Assembly: GCA_039801505.1 (NCBI GenBank)
Contig: JBDRUV010000001.1
Coordinates: 459,361-523,360 of the forward strand
Source of the DNA: a candidate division WOR-3 bacterium
Lineage (GTDB): Bacteria; Hydrothermota; Tepidihabitantia; Tepidihabitantales; CAIPLT01
Reading direction: 5' to 3'
DNA length: 64,000 nucleotides
This document shows, in pieces, positions 26,593 through 36,440 of the stretch (the stretch's first letter is position 1; each line of letters opens with the position of its first letter). The notes under the pieces were generated by a model. The model worked only from the letters and a program-made list of their open reading frames with translations. It did no database searches and was not told the origin of the DNA. Made by a program: the position numbers and the translations under genes.

Positions 26593-27765
26593 ATGAAAAA
26601 TAAAATAACTTATTACACTTCAGAATCGGTAACCGAGGGGCACCCGGATAAAATCTGTGATCAGATTGCCGATGCTGTGCTCGACGATGTTTTACGACAG
26701 GACAAAAATGCCCGGGTTGCCTGTGAAGTTTTTGTTTCTGTTGGTTTAGTTATTGTTGGAGGAGAAATTACCACTACTGCCTGGGTTGATTTGCAAAAAT
26801 TAGTCAGAAAATTACTCTATGATATTGGCTACACTGACACCAAGTACGGTTTAAGCGCCGAAAATTGCGCAATTATTAACATCATTGGTCGTCAATCCCC
26901 AGATATCGCTCAAGGGGTTGATGTTGGTGGTGCTGGCGATCAAGGTCTGATGATTGGTTATGCCTGTAATGAGACCAAAGAGTATATGCCTTTACCGATC
27001 ATGCTGGCCCATAAACTGGTGCGAAGATTAGCTGATGTAAGAAAAAATAAAATTTTAGATTATTTAGGGCCCGATGGTAAATCGCAAGTAACCGTGGAAT
27101 ATGAGAATGACCAACCCAAAAGAATCTCTAGTGTCGTAATTGCTGCCCAGCATACCGAAAAAATTCTTGACAAAACCGGTAAACGTATTACCAAAAAAGC
27201 TCGCGAAGAGATCATCGAGACGGTTGTAAAAGCCGTGCTTCCCGAATATTTGCTTGATAAAAACACCCAATATTTTGTGAACGAAACCGGCAAATTTGTC
27301 GTTGGTGGACCGCAATCTGATACCGGAATGACCGGTCGGAAAATTATTGTTGATACCTATGGTGGCATTGTCCGTCATGGGGGTGGGGCATTCTCAGGCA
27401 AAGATCCAACTAAGGTTGACCGAACGGCATCTTATTTTGCTCGATATGTAGCCAAAAATTTTGTGGCAAGTGGCGTCTGTGATAAAATGGAATTGAGTTT
27501 GGCTTATGTCATTGGTCGAAAAGAACCCACCCAGATAAGCATCAATACTTTTGGCACGTCGCGGGTGCCTGAAGAAAAACTCTTAAAAGTGATCAAAGAA
27601 CTTTTTGACTTTACACCGCAAGGCATGATACAAAAACTTAATTTACGGCGGCCGATCTATCTGCCTACCGCTTGTTATGGTCATTTTGGCCGAAATGAAA
27701 AAACCTTTACCTGGGAAGCCTTAGATAGTGTGGATCAGATTAAGAAAGCCCTAAGTCGGGTGTAA
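26593..27765 (+). CDS. metK: S-adenosylmethionine synthase
   Basis: [22 protein letters not shown] and GGGAFSGKD motifs. Confidence 0.97.
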   Translation: MKNKITYYTSESVTEGHPDKICDQIADAVLDDVLRQDKNARVACEVFVSVGLVIVGGEITTTAWVDLQKLVRKLLYDIGYTDTKYGLSAENCAIINIIGRQSPDIAQGVDVGGAGDQGLMIGYACNETKEYMPLPIMLAHKLVRRLADVRKNKILDYLGPDGKSQVTVEYENDQPKRISSVVIAAQHTEKILDKTGKRITKKAREEIIETVVKAVLPEYLLDKNTQYFVNETGKFVVGGPQSDTGMTGRKIIVDTYGGIVRHGGGAFSGKDPTKVDRTASYFARYVAKNFVASGVCDKMELSLAYVIGRKEPTQISINTFGTSRVPEEKLLKVIKELFDFTPQGMIQKLNLRRPIYLPTACYGHFGRNEKTFTWEALDSVDQIKKALSRV

Positions 27766-27799
27766 AAATTTTTAGTTCAGGGAATTATTGATAAGATCT

Positions 27800-29056
27800 A
27801 TGGAATATGAGATTAAAGACCTTAATTTGCGTGCCCACGGCAAGTTAAAGATTGAGTGGGCCTCGCGATTTATGCCGGTGCTTGGGCTCATCAGAAAAAG
27901 GTTTCAAGCCACAAAACCGCTTAAGGGCATAAAAATTTCTGGTTGTTTACATATAACCTCGGAGACTGCCAATTTGGCGATAACCTTAAAAAGCGGCGGA
28001 GCTGAAGTACGGCTCTGTGCATCGAATCCACTCTCGACCCAAGATGATGTTGCCGCAAGTTTGGTGGGTGATTATGGGATTTCGGTTTTTGCAATGCGGG
28101 GTGAGGATCGGGATACTTATTATAAGCATATTCTTCAAGCCTTAGCCCATAAGCCTAATATTACTATTGATGATGGTGCTGATTTAGTTTCAACTCTACA
28201 TACCAAGAAAACCGAGCTCCTACAAAATATTATGGGCGGCACGGAAGAAACCACCACCGGAGTTATTCGTCTAAAAAGTATGGCCCAAAATGGAGTTTTA
28301 AAATATCCGATAATTGCCGTTAATGATTCGAAGACAAAATTTTTATTTGATAATCGATATGGCACTGGTCAATCTACACTTGATGGAATATTACGAGCCA
28401 CTAATTTCCTATTCGCCGGCTCTACCGTCGTAGTAGCTGGTTATGGCTGGTGCGGTAAGGGTGTGGCCCGAAAAGCCCAGGGCCTAGGTGCCAATGTCTG
28501 GGTTAGTGAGGTAAATCCGATCCGAGCCCTAGAGGCCAAAATGGATGGGTTTAATGTTGGACCAATGTCAGAACTGTGTGCTCTGGCTGATGTGATTATT
28601 ACTGTAACTGGTTGTGAAAATGTCTTAGACAAAAGACATTTCTTGCGCCTTAAAGATGGGGCGATTATCTGTAACTCCGGGCACTTTGATGTTGAGATTA
28701 ATAAAAAAGCCTTAAATGCCTTAGCTGTAAAAAAACGTCTAGTGCGTCCCAATTGTGAGGAGTTCCAGTTAAAAAATGGCCGGCGGGTTTATCTATTAGC
28801 TGAAGGCCGTTTGGTAAATTTAGCCGCGGCGGAAGGTCATCCAGCAATGGTCATGGATATGTCTTTTGCTAATCAGGCCTTAGCGGTTGAGTATTTAATC
28901 ACCCATCATAAGAGCCTAGATAACAAGGTGTATCACTTGCCACACGAGTTAGACTGCAAAATTGCCGAATTAAAATTAGCTACCATGGGGATTAAGATTG
29001 ACAAATTGACACCGAAACAAAAGCGCTATATCACTTCCTGGCAGTTCGGCACATAA
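27800..29056 (+). CDS. ahcY: adenosylhomocysteinase
   Basis: Start at MEYEIKDL; the alternative is TTG 27788. NAD-binding motif GYGWCGKG and EEETTTG-type motif GGTEETTTGV. Confidence 0.95.
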   Translation: MEYEIKDLNLRAHGKLKIEWASRFMPVLGLIRKRFQATKPLKGIKISGCLHITSETANLAITLKSGGAEVRLCASNPLSTQDDVAASLVGDYGISVFAMRGEDRDTYYKHILQALAHKPNITIDDGADLVSTLHTKKTELLQNIMGGTEETTTGVIRLKSMAQNGVLKYPIIAVNDSKTKFLFDNRYGTGQSTLDGILRATNFLFAGSTVVVAGYGWCGKGVARKAQGLGANVWVSEVNPIRALEAKMDGFNVGPMSELCALADVIITVTGCENVLDKRHFLRLKDGAIICNSGHFDVEINKKALNALAVKKRLVRPNCEEFQLKNGRRVYLLAEGRLVNLAAAEGHPAMVMDMSFANQALAVEYLITHHKSLDNKVYHLPHELDCKIAELKLATMGIKIDKLTPKQKRYITSWQFGT

Positions 29057-29071
29057 TAATCTTATCGTTAA

Positions 29072-29103
29072 ACCCAAGCCGTCCCGAGGACTGTAGGGTC
29101 AGC
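29072..29103. repeat. GC-rich hairpin in the ahcY 3' UTR (spacer-element copy D)
   Basis: acccaagCCGTCCcgaGGACtGtagggt lies between the stop codon (29056) and the terminator (29168). Confidence 0.4.
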
Positions 29104-29167
29104 TTAAAGAAGAGCTAGATTAGCCTATGATTATCAATAAGTTGTCACAAAAATTTCTTTAAGCAAG

Positions 29168-29191
29168 TGTGTACTTTGCAGTACACATTTT
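29168..29191 (+). terminator. rho-independent terminator of metK-ahcY
   Basis: Perfect 8-bp stem TGTGTACT/AGTACACA, loop TTGC, followed by TTTT. Confidence 0.75.
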
Positions 29192-29237
29192 GGGTCCCGA
29201 TAAATTGAGGTTCCAATAAATCAGGGATAAAAAGAGT

Positions 29238-29266
29238 TTGACTTATCAGATTTTTTGTGTTATAAT
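29238..29266 (+). promoter_or_regulatory. sigma70-type promoter of the M14 peptidase gene
   Basis: TTGACT at 29238-29243, 17-nt spacer, TATAAT at 29261-29266. Leader with AAGGAG SD. Confidence 0.6.
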
Positions 29267-29296
29267 TTTTATTGATTTAATTATAAGGAGTACGAT

Positions 29297-31546
29297 ATGA
29301 AAAAAACCTTTGGATTTCTGTTTATCATCCTGATGGCATTTACAAGTTTGGCCTATAGCAAAACAATGATTGTGCGGGTGTTTGTTTCTGACTACGAGGA
29401 GCTTATCCGGAAAATCGACTTTAAGTATACTAATATCGAAATTGCTGGGGTAAACCCTAAAGAATGGTATGAGCTAGTTGTACCCGAAGAAGACTACTAT
29501 ACAATATTGGCATCCGGTCTAAAACACACGATCACGATTGACGATTTAGAAGCGCAAAAAGAGGCCTTGCGTGGCCAATATCGCAGTTTGGATTCGGTGA
29601 ATCTTTTTTTACGGAATTTAGCTCAGACTTATTCTCAGATATGCGTGTTAGAAAGTCTAGGACCGTCATACGAAAATCGCATGATATATGGGATTAAAAT
29701 TTCTGATAATCCCACGCTTGATGAAGAAGACATTGAACCCGGAGTATTTATCTGTGGCCTGCATCATTCCCGGGAATGGGCCACAATTGAAGTTTGCCTT
29801 TTCTTTGCGGACAGTATCCTGCGTGCTTACAATTCTAACCCTAATATTCAAAATCTAATCAATAATCATCAAATTTGGGTCTTTCCAGTGATTAATCCTG
29901 ATGGTTATGTGTATGATTATCCACAACAGCGCTCCTGGCGCAAAAACCGTCAACCATTCGGCGGTGCGATTGGGACCGATATTAATCGCAATTACTTGGG
30001 CGCATGTGACACTAATCGCTATGGACTGTGGGGAGCTTTAGCCTCTGGTGCTCAGAGTTCCCATTATCCATCAAGCGAAACTTTTATGGGGGCATTCGGG
30101 GCGTCTAGCCCAGAGATTAGAAATGTGACTGAGTTTTTCCGGCGCCACAATATAAACGTTTCTTTATCATTTCATTCCTATTCAGAACTTGTTTTGTGGC
30201 CCTGGGGGTTTTTAGATATTCCCACGCCGGATAATGCACTGTATGTGCGGGTTGGCAATACTATGGCCAGTTTGATAAATAAATTAGGTGGTGGCACTTA
30301 TACTCCTGGGCAAATTCCTTCGCTGTATTTGGTTTCTAGTGGTTCGGATGACTGGATATATGGTTATAATAAATTTGTTAAAGGCAATCCCTGCCTGGCT
30401 TATACGATAGAAGTTGGAACTCAATTTTATCAACCAACATCCCAGTTAGATCAGATTTGCCGAGAGAATTTTAAGGCCATCTACTATCTAGCGAATTTTT
30501 CTGATAGTGTGCGGGTATTGGTAAAACCATTTGTCGCACCACCAGAACTTTCGGTGCCGGAGACGGTTACCAGTAACCAGTTTACGATTAGTTGGCGACC
30601 TAAGAACGCTACCTATAATCAACCAACTCAATGGCAAGTTGAAGAACTACGAGGCTATGAGGTATTTATCGATAATTTTGAAGGACTAAATAATAATGCC
30701 TGGATTACCCGGGGATTTGTTTTAAGTACGACCCGGGCCTATTCGGGCACCAGAAGTATGTATTCAGATTCCGCAAATAATATTTCGAATTATTTAAGAA
30801 CCCGCTATCCTTATTATGTCCGCCCGGGTGATTCTCTTATTTTTTGGTGTTGGTATAATCTTGAGCGAAATTATGATGTCGCGGTCGTAGAGGTTTCTTA
30901 TGATACCCGAGAGTGGTTTCAATTAGGTCCGCGGCTTACTGATACCGCAATGAGTTGGCGGCGCCTGGCGTATTCGTTAGAGAATTATGTGGGTAAATCG
31001 ATCTATTTTCAATCCCGGGTAATGACTGATGGCAGTGTGTTACGCAACGGATTCTATGTCGATGATGTCTATCCAGTGCCGTTTTTCAGTAATCAGCAAG
31101 TTATTTCGGCTAGTGTCATAGATACATTTTTAACCGTGACTGTCAATGAACCTGGGACTTATTGGTATCGCGTTAAGGGATATAATATCACAAACGGTTG
31201 GGGTGAGTATAGTTTAACAAAGCCGGTAACGGTCTTAAGTAGTGCAATTACTGAAAATCGCCAAGATTGCAATAACTCTTTTCAACTGAAAGTTATACCA
31301 AATATTTTGCGAAATGGAATTGTAATTAATTATTACTTACCTCAAATCTCTGATGTTGAATTGCGAGTTTATAATTCGCTAGGCCAAGAAGTTACAACCT
31401 TAAGGCTTGCAGCTCAAAAATCTGGTGCGTATCAGATATTTTGGGATGGCCGCAGTAATAACCGGTTGAAATTGGCTCCGGGAATATATTTTCTGCAATT
31501 AGCAGTAGATAAAAAAACTGCGATCAGAAGAATATTGATTTTATAA
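29297..31546 (+). CDS. M14-family zinc carboxypeptidase with extra C-terminal domains and a T9SS-like sorting tail
   Basis: Signal peptide; Zn/catalytic motifs HHSREW, NRNY and HSYSELVLWPWG. C-terminal tail VELRVYNSLGQEV..PGIYFLQL. Confidence 0.85.
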   Translation: MKKTFGFLFIILMAFTSLAYSKTMIVRVFVSDYEELIRKIDFKYTNIEIAGVNPKEWYELVVPEEDYYTILASGLKHTITIDDLEAQKEALRGQYRSLDSVNLFLRNLAQTYSQICVLESLGPSYENRMIYGIKISDNPTLDEEDIEPGVFICGLHHSREWATIEVCLFFADSILRAYNSNPNIQNLINNHQIWVFPVINPDGYVYDYPQQRSWRKNRQPFGGAIGTDINRNYLGACDTNRYGLWGALASGAQSSHYPSSETFMGAFGASSPEIRNVTEFFRRHNINVSLSFHSYSELVLWPWGFLDIPTPDNALYVRVGNTMASLINKLGGGTYTPGQIPSLYLVSSGSDDWIYGYNKFVKGNPCLAYTIEVGTQFYQPTSQLDQICRENFKAIYYLANFSDSVRVLVKPFVAPPELSVPETVTSNQFTISWRPKNATYNQPTQWQVEELRGYEVFIDNFEGLNNNAWITRGFVLSTTRAYSGTRSMYSDSANNISNYLRTRYPYYVRPGDSLIFWCWYNLERNYDVAVVEVSYDTREWFQLGPRLTDTAMSWRRLAYSLENYVGKSIYFQSRVMTDGSVLRNGFYVDDVYPVPFFSNQQVISASVIDTFLTVTVNEPGTYWYRVKGYNITNGWGEYSLTKPVTVLSSAITENRQDCNNSFQLKVIPNILRNGIVINYYLPQISDVELRVYNSLGQEVTTLRLAAQKSGAYQIFWDGRSNNRLKLAPGIYFLQLAVDKKTAIRRILIL

Positions 31547-31550
31547 GCTC

Positions 31551-31578
31551 TTGATTATTGTGCAAATCTTGGTAAGAT
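31551..31578 (+). promoter_or_regulatory. sigma70-type promoter of the gcv operon (leaderless geometry)
   Basis: TTGATT at 31551-31556, 16-nt spacer, TAAGAT at 31573-31578. 7 nt to the ATG at 31586, no SD. Confidence 0.55.
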
Positions 31579-31585
31579 AATTACA

Positions 31586-32680
31586 ATGCCTAAGCAAACG
31601 CCGTTTTACGAAAAGCATATCCAAAATCACGGACGAATGGTCGAATTTGCCGGGCATCTACTGCCGATGCAGTTTAAAGGAATTATTCCCGAGCATCTTA
31701 CGGTTCGAAAGCAAGTAGGAGTTTTTGACGTTTCACATATGGGGCGTATCGAGGTTTATGGACGTGACCGCATATCATTTGTTGATTACTTAACTACTAA
31801 CGATGTGGAGGGTCTTAAAGAATTTCAAGTGCAATATTCTACGATGTGTCTTCCTAATGGGGGAATTATTGACGACTTATTGGTATATCGGCTCCCGGAC
31901 CACATGCTACTTGTGGTAAATGGGGCTCGCCACGAGTATGATTTAAATTGGATTATTGAACATAAAAAGGGCGATGTGGAAATAATTGACCGGACTTCAG
32001 AAATTGCTCAATTAGCTATTCAGGGACCCAAATCCGAACCGGTATTAGAAAAGCTATGTGCAATAAATTTAGCTTCAATTGGCTACTATTGGTCAGCATA
32101 TGCTATGCTCGACGGCATCCAGATTCTTATTTCACGTACCGGATACACTGGGGAGGACGGTTTTGAAATCTACGTTGAAAATCGTTTTGCTTCGCAAGTA
32201 TGGGATTTAATTTTTAAAGCTGGTCAAGAATATGGAATTGAACCAATTGGCCTGGGTGCGCGCGATACCTTACGGTTAGAAATGAAATATTGTCTGTACG
32301 GTAACGATATCACCGAAGAAACTAATCCTTTAGAAGCTGGATTAAACTTTGTGGTCAAATTAGATAAGCCCAATGGCTTTATAGGCAAAGAAGCTTTACT
32401 GAAATCAAAAAAAGAAGGCATAAAACGAAAGCTGGTTGGATTTGAAATGACTGATAATTTAATACCTCGGTTTGGTTACGAGATTTTAATTAATGGGGTT
32501 TCCTGCGGAAAGGTTACTAGTGGTAATTGGGGTCCATCGGTCGAAAGGGGAATTGGAATGGGATATGTTCCAATTGAATTTTCAGCCGTCGGAACTGAAC
32601 TTACGATAATGGGACGAGGTAAATTAGCTAAGGCTAAAATTGTAAAAACACCATTTTATAAATTCGGTTCGAGAAAATGA
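31586..32680 (+). CDS. gcvT: glycine cleavage system aminomethyltransferase T
   Basis: FDVSHMG and RTGYTGEDGFEI motifs. Confidence 0.95.
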   Translation: MPKQTPFYEKHIQNHGRMVEFAGHLLPMQFKGIIPEHLTVRKQVGVFDVSHMGRIEVYGRDRISFVDYLTTNDVEGLKEFQVQYSTMCLPNGGIIDDLLVYRLPDHMLLVVNGARHEYDLNWIIEHKKGDVEIIDRTSEIAQLAIQGPKSEPVLEKLCAINLASIGYYWSAYAMLDGIQILISRTGYTGEDGFEIYVENRFASQVWDLIFKAGQEYGIEPIGLGARDTLRLEMKYCLYGNDITEETNPLEAGLNFVVKLDKPNGFIGKEALLKSKKEGIKRKLVGFEMTDNLIPRFGYEILINGVSCGKVTSGNWGPSVERGIGMGYVPIEFSAVGTELTIMGRGKLAKAKIVKTPFYKFGSRK

Positions 32681-32708
32681 AAAATAAAGTAATGAAAGGA
32701 GTTAAAAA

Positions 32709-33104
32709 ATGACTGAGATATCAATCCCTGAAGAATTATATTACACTAACACTCACGAATGGATAAAAATTGAAAATGACATTGGAACGATTGGGATTAC
32801 CGATTACGCCCAAAAAGAACTTTCTGACATTGTATATGTTGAGTTACCGGAAGTGGGCAAGACTTTTAATCAAGGAGATGTGCTTGGGACTTTAGAGGCA
32901 GTAAAAGCAGTTTCAGATTATTACGCCCCAATCTCGGGTACGGTAATAGAGGTTAACGAAAATTTAAAATCGCAACCAGACCTAGTAAATAAATATCCTT
33001 ACGAACAAGGCTGGTTAGTAAAGATGAAGCTGGCGAAATTAGATGAGAAATCGAAGCTATTGAATGCTTCACAATATAAAGAAATAATTAGTACCCACGA
33101 GTAA
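32709..33104 (+). CDS. gcvH: glycine cleavage system H protein
   Basis: Lipoyl-lysine motif LEAVKAV and THEWI N-terminal motif. Confidence 0.95.
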   Translation: MTEISIPEELYYTNTHEWIKIENDIGTIGITDYAQKELSDIVYVELPEVGKTFNQGDVLGTLEAVKAVSDYYAPISGTVIEVNENLKSQPDLVNKYPYEQGWLVKMKLAKLDEKSKLLNASQYKEIISTHE

Positions 33105-33112
33105 TAACTCAA

Positions 33113-34447
33113 ATGTTTACACCTCATACCGACGAAGATAAAAAGTTAATGCTCGAGAAGATCGGTGTCAGTTCCTTTGAGGAATTAATTTCGGTAATTC
33201 CTAAAGAACTTCGTTTTACTGGTGAGCTTAATTTGCCGCCACCGCTTTCGGAATTAGAAATTTTTAATCACTGTCGCAGTTTAGCGGCCAAAAATAAAAA
33301 TCTTAACGAGTACACTTCGTTTTTAGGTGCTGGGGTATACGATCACTATATACCGTCGGTTGTTAAACACATTGTAAGTCGTTCCGAATTTTATACGGCT
33401 TATACACCATATCAAGCCGAGGTTTCTCAGGGTACTTTGCAGACAATTTATGAATATCAGTCGCTGATATGCGAGTTGTTTGATATGGAAATATCTAATG
33501 CGGGAATGTATGATGGAGCGTCAGCATTTGCTGAAGCGTGCCATATGGCCCGAACTATTACTAAGCGTAACAAGATATTGATGGCGTCAACGATTCACCC
33601 GTACTATCAACAAGTAATTAAGACTTACACCTACGGATTGAACATTCCGATAATTGAATGCAGCTGTGGTTTAGGTCGCATTGACCCTAAGGAAATTGAA
33701 GAAAAAATCGATCAGGATACTGCAGCATTATTAGTACAGCATCCGAATTTCTTTGGAATATTAGAACCGGTGCGTATGCTTTCAGAAATTGTTCATAAAC
33801 ACGGAGCATTACTAATTGTTTGTGTCGATCCGATTTCTTTAGGGTTATTCGTACCTCCAGGGGGCTATCAAGCTGATATTGCAGTTGGCGAGGGACAGCC
33901 ATTAGGAATTTTACCAGCGTATGGGGGTCCGTACTTGGGTATCTTAACAACCCGTAGCGAGTATATTAGGATAATTCCCGGACGATTAGTCGGTAAAACT
34001 GCCGATATTGACAATAAGACTGGATATGTGCTAGTATTACAAACACGGGAACAGCATATTCGCCGAGAAAAGGCGACTTCTAATATCTGTACAAATGAGG
34101 CACTTTGTGCTTTAATGGCAACGATATATTTAACAGTTATGGGGAAAAACGGTATTAGAGAAGTAGCAAGACAGTGTTATGCAAAAAGCCACTACTTAGC
34201 AAAAGAAATTACCCAAATAGATAGTTATGAATTAGCATTCAATGCGCCATTTTTTAAGGAATTTGTGATAAAAACTAAACATTCACCAAAATATATTATC
34301 AAAGAATTATTAAAAGAAAAAATTTTTGCTGGAATTGATTTGTCTCGTTTTAATAAAGACTGGGAAAATTTAATGCTTATTGCTGTAACAGAAAAACGTA
34401 CAAAATCAGAATTAGATCGCTATATAAAATTATTAAAGGAGCTATGA
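33113..34447 (+). CDS. gcvPA: glycine dehydrogenase (decarboxylating) subunit 1
   Basis: FLGAGVYDHYIP and YTPYQAEVSQG motifs. Confidence 0.95.
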   Translation: MFTPHTDEDKKLMLEKIGVSSFEELISVIPKELRFTGELNLPPPLSELEIFNHCRSLAAKNKNLNEYTSFLGAGVYDHYIPSVVKHIVSRSEFYTAYTPYQAEVSQGTLQTIYEYQSLICELFDMEISNAGMYDGASAFAEACHMARTITKRNKILMASTIHPYYQQVIKTYTYGLNIPIIECSCGLGRIDPKEIEEKIDQDTAALLVQHPNFFGILEPVRMLSEIVHKHGALLIVCVDPISLGLFVPPGGYQADIAVGEGQPLGILPAYGGPYLGILTTRSEYIRIIPGRLVGKTADIDNKTGYVLVLQTREQHIRREKATSNICTNEALCALMATIYLTVMGKNGIREVARQCYAKSHYLAKEITQIDSYELAFNAPFFKEFVIKTKHSPKYIIKELLKEKIFAGIDLSRFNKDWENLMLIAVTEKRTKSELDRYIKLLKEL

Positions 34448-34662
34448 TGAGCCGAGAATGTCGTGTGGTCAGAAATAAGCAATATTGTCCATGTACTTAT
34501 GAAACCTGTGGACGACGTGGTCGCTGCTGTGAATGTATTGCCTATCACCGCCAGCAGAATGAATTACCAGCCTGTTATTTTCCACGCAGTGTTGAAAAAA
34601 CTTACGATCGATCAATAAGAAAATTTATTGAATGTCACACCATTAAGCGCTATGACGAATAA
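34444..34662 (+). CDS. Cys-rich small protein (DUF6485-like)
   Basis: 72 aa with the pattern C.C....C...G.CC.C..YH.....LP.C. Its ATG overlaps the gcvPA stop (ATGA), and its 3' end overlaps the gcvPB start. Confidence 0.65.
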   Translation: MMSRECRVVRNKQYCPCTYETCGRRGRCCECIAYHRQQNELPACYFPRSVEKTYDRSIRKFIECHTIKRYDE

Positions 34663-36115
34663 GCTGGAGCCATTAATATTTGAATATTCAAGGCCGAACC
34701 GAAAGGCATATTCGTTACCGGCACTTGATGTTGAATTTAAAGTAGATGATATGCCCAGCGAAGAATTACGCACGGAGCTAAATTTACCTGAAGTTTCCGA
34801 AGTTGATCTTGTAAGGCATTTTATAAAACTTTCCGTTTTGAATCATCATGTGGATAAAGACTTCTATCCGTTAGGTTCCTGTACGATGAAATATAATCCT
34901 AAGATTAATGAAGATATCGCTGGTCTTGAAGGTTTCAGCTTAATTCATCCGTTACAACCCGAAGAAACGGTTCAAGGTTCATTGGCTTTAATGTATGAAT
35001 TAGGACAATACCTTTGTGAAATTTCCGGAATGGATGCGATTTCATTACAGCCAGCCGCTGGGGCTCAAGGAGAATTGACAAGTATAATGATTGCACGAAA
35101 ATATTATGATGAACGCCGAGAACAACGTAAGAAAGTTCTTGTTCCCGATTCTGCACATGGGACCAATCCAGCATCAGTGAATCTGGCCGGTTTTACAGCT
35201 ATCGAAATAAAATCAAACAGCCAAGGTCTGGTTGATTTAGAAGACTTAAGCAAAAAGCTAGATAGCGAAGTTGCCTGTTTAATGCTTACCGTTCCTAACA
35301 CGTTAGGACTTTTTGAGCGGGATCTCGCCAAAATTATTGATTTGTGTCACAATAAAGGTGCACTAGTTTACTTAGATGGTGCGAATATGAATGCATATCT
35401 AGGTTACTTTCGTCCAGGTGATGCTGGGTTTGACTTTGTACACTTCAATTTGCACAAAACTTTTTCAACACCTCACGGTGGCGGTGGACCGGGAGCTGGG
35501 CCGGTAGGAGTAAAGAAATTTTTGGCAAAGTATTTGCCTGTTCCGGTAATTGAGAAACAGTTTGACGACCAAAATCACCAATATTATACATTAAACTATG
35601 ATTATCCTGAGAGTATTGGGAAAGTATTAGCTTTTTATGGTAACTTTTTAGTTATGGTGAAAGCTTACAGTTATATACGAATACTTGGAGCAAGGGGATT
35701 AAAAGAAGTTGCTAAATGCGCGGTAATAAATGCCAATTATATCCGTAAATCCTTAGAAGATTATTATCACTTGCCCTATAATGATATTTGTATGCACGAA
35801 TGTGTATTTTCTAGTATAAATTTTCGTGAATATGGTGTTAGAGCATTGGACATTGCCAAAAGACTATTGGACTATGGTCTTCATGCGCCGACTATATATT
35901 TTCCCTTAATCGTTCCAGAAGCACTAATGATTGAGCCGACAGAGACTGAATCAAAAGAATCTATCGACCGATTTATTAATGCAATGATCGAAATTGCACA
36001 CGAAGCTCGTGAAAATTCTCAACTCCTAAAAGGAGCACCTTGGAATACTCCGGTTCGTCGATTAGATGAGGTTAGAGCGTCACGGGAGTTAAATGTTAGA
36101 TTTATAAAACAATGA
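34652..36115 (+). CDS. gcvPB: glycine dehydrogenase (decarboxylating) subunit 2
   Basis: [11 protein letters not shown] motif and PLP-lysine region [16 protein letters not shown]. Start at ATG 34652; the alternative is 34628. Confidence 0.95.
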   Translation: MTNKLEPLIFEYSRPNRKAYSLPALDVEFKVDDMPSEELRTELNLPEVSEVDLVRHFIKLSVLNHHVDKDFYPLGSCTMKYNPKINEDIAGLEGFSLIHPLQPEETVQGSLALMYELGQYLCEISGMDAISLQPAAGAQGELTSIMIARKYYDERREQRKKVLVPDSAHGTNPASVNLAGFTAIEIKSNSQGLVDLEDLSKKLDSEVACLMLTVPNTLGLFERDLAKIIDLCHNKGALVYLDGANMNAYLGYFRPGDAGFDFVHFNLHKTFSTPHGGGGPGAGPVGVKKFLAKYLPVPVIEKQFDDQNHQYYTLNYDYPESIGKVLAFYGNFLVMVKAYSYIRILGARGLKEVAKCAVINANYIRKSLEDYYHLPYNDICMHECVFSSINFREYGVRALDIAKRLLDYGLHAPTIYFPLIVPEALMIEPTETESKESIDRFINAMIEIAHEARENSQLLKGAPWNTPVRRLDEVRASRELNVRFIKQ

Positions 36116-36426
36116 TTATGACAACAGAACTCACACCAGAGCGAAAAACCGAGCTGATACATAAAATTGCCGAGAAAGTAGTTAACTTAAAATTAACACC
36201 GGTCGCAATCGTTTTGTTAGAATCAGCTAAACCTTTTTCGTTTGTTGCATCTCAACTTTTAGTTTTTTTTCAACCGATATATGCCGCAGTGTTTCCAGCC
36301 CAGCCCTATGATGAATTAATTCAGTTGCTTGATGATCGAGCCAGTATTGAATTACTTATTTGCGAAATAGAGAAACTTGAAGAAGAACTGAGCAATAAAA
36401 AGAAAAATATACCAATAAAAAGTTAA
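36112..36426 (+). CDS. hypothetical small protein
   Basis: 104 aa. Its ATG overlaps the gcvPB stop (ATGA). It has a central hydrophobic segment and no recognised family. Confidence 0.55.
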   Translation: MIMTTELTPERKTELIHKIAEKVVNLKLTPVAIVLLESAKPFSFVASQLLVFFQPIYAAVFPAQPYDELIQLLDDRASIELLICEIEKLEEELSNKKKNIPIKS

Positions 36427-36440
36427 TTAATTTATAGGGT

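Noticed and set aside
31547-31585. An expected glycine riboswitch upstream of gcvT.
   Set aside because: Only 39 nt separate the upstream stop from the gcvT ATG, and a promoter occupies them. There is no room for a tandem glycine aptamer.
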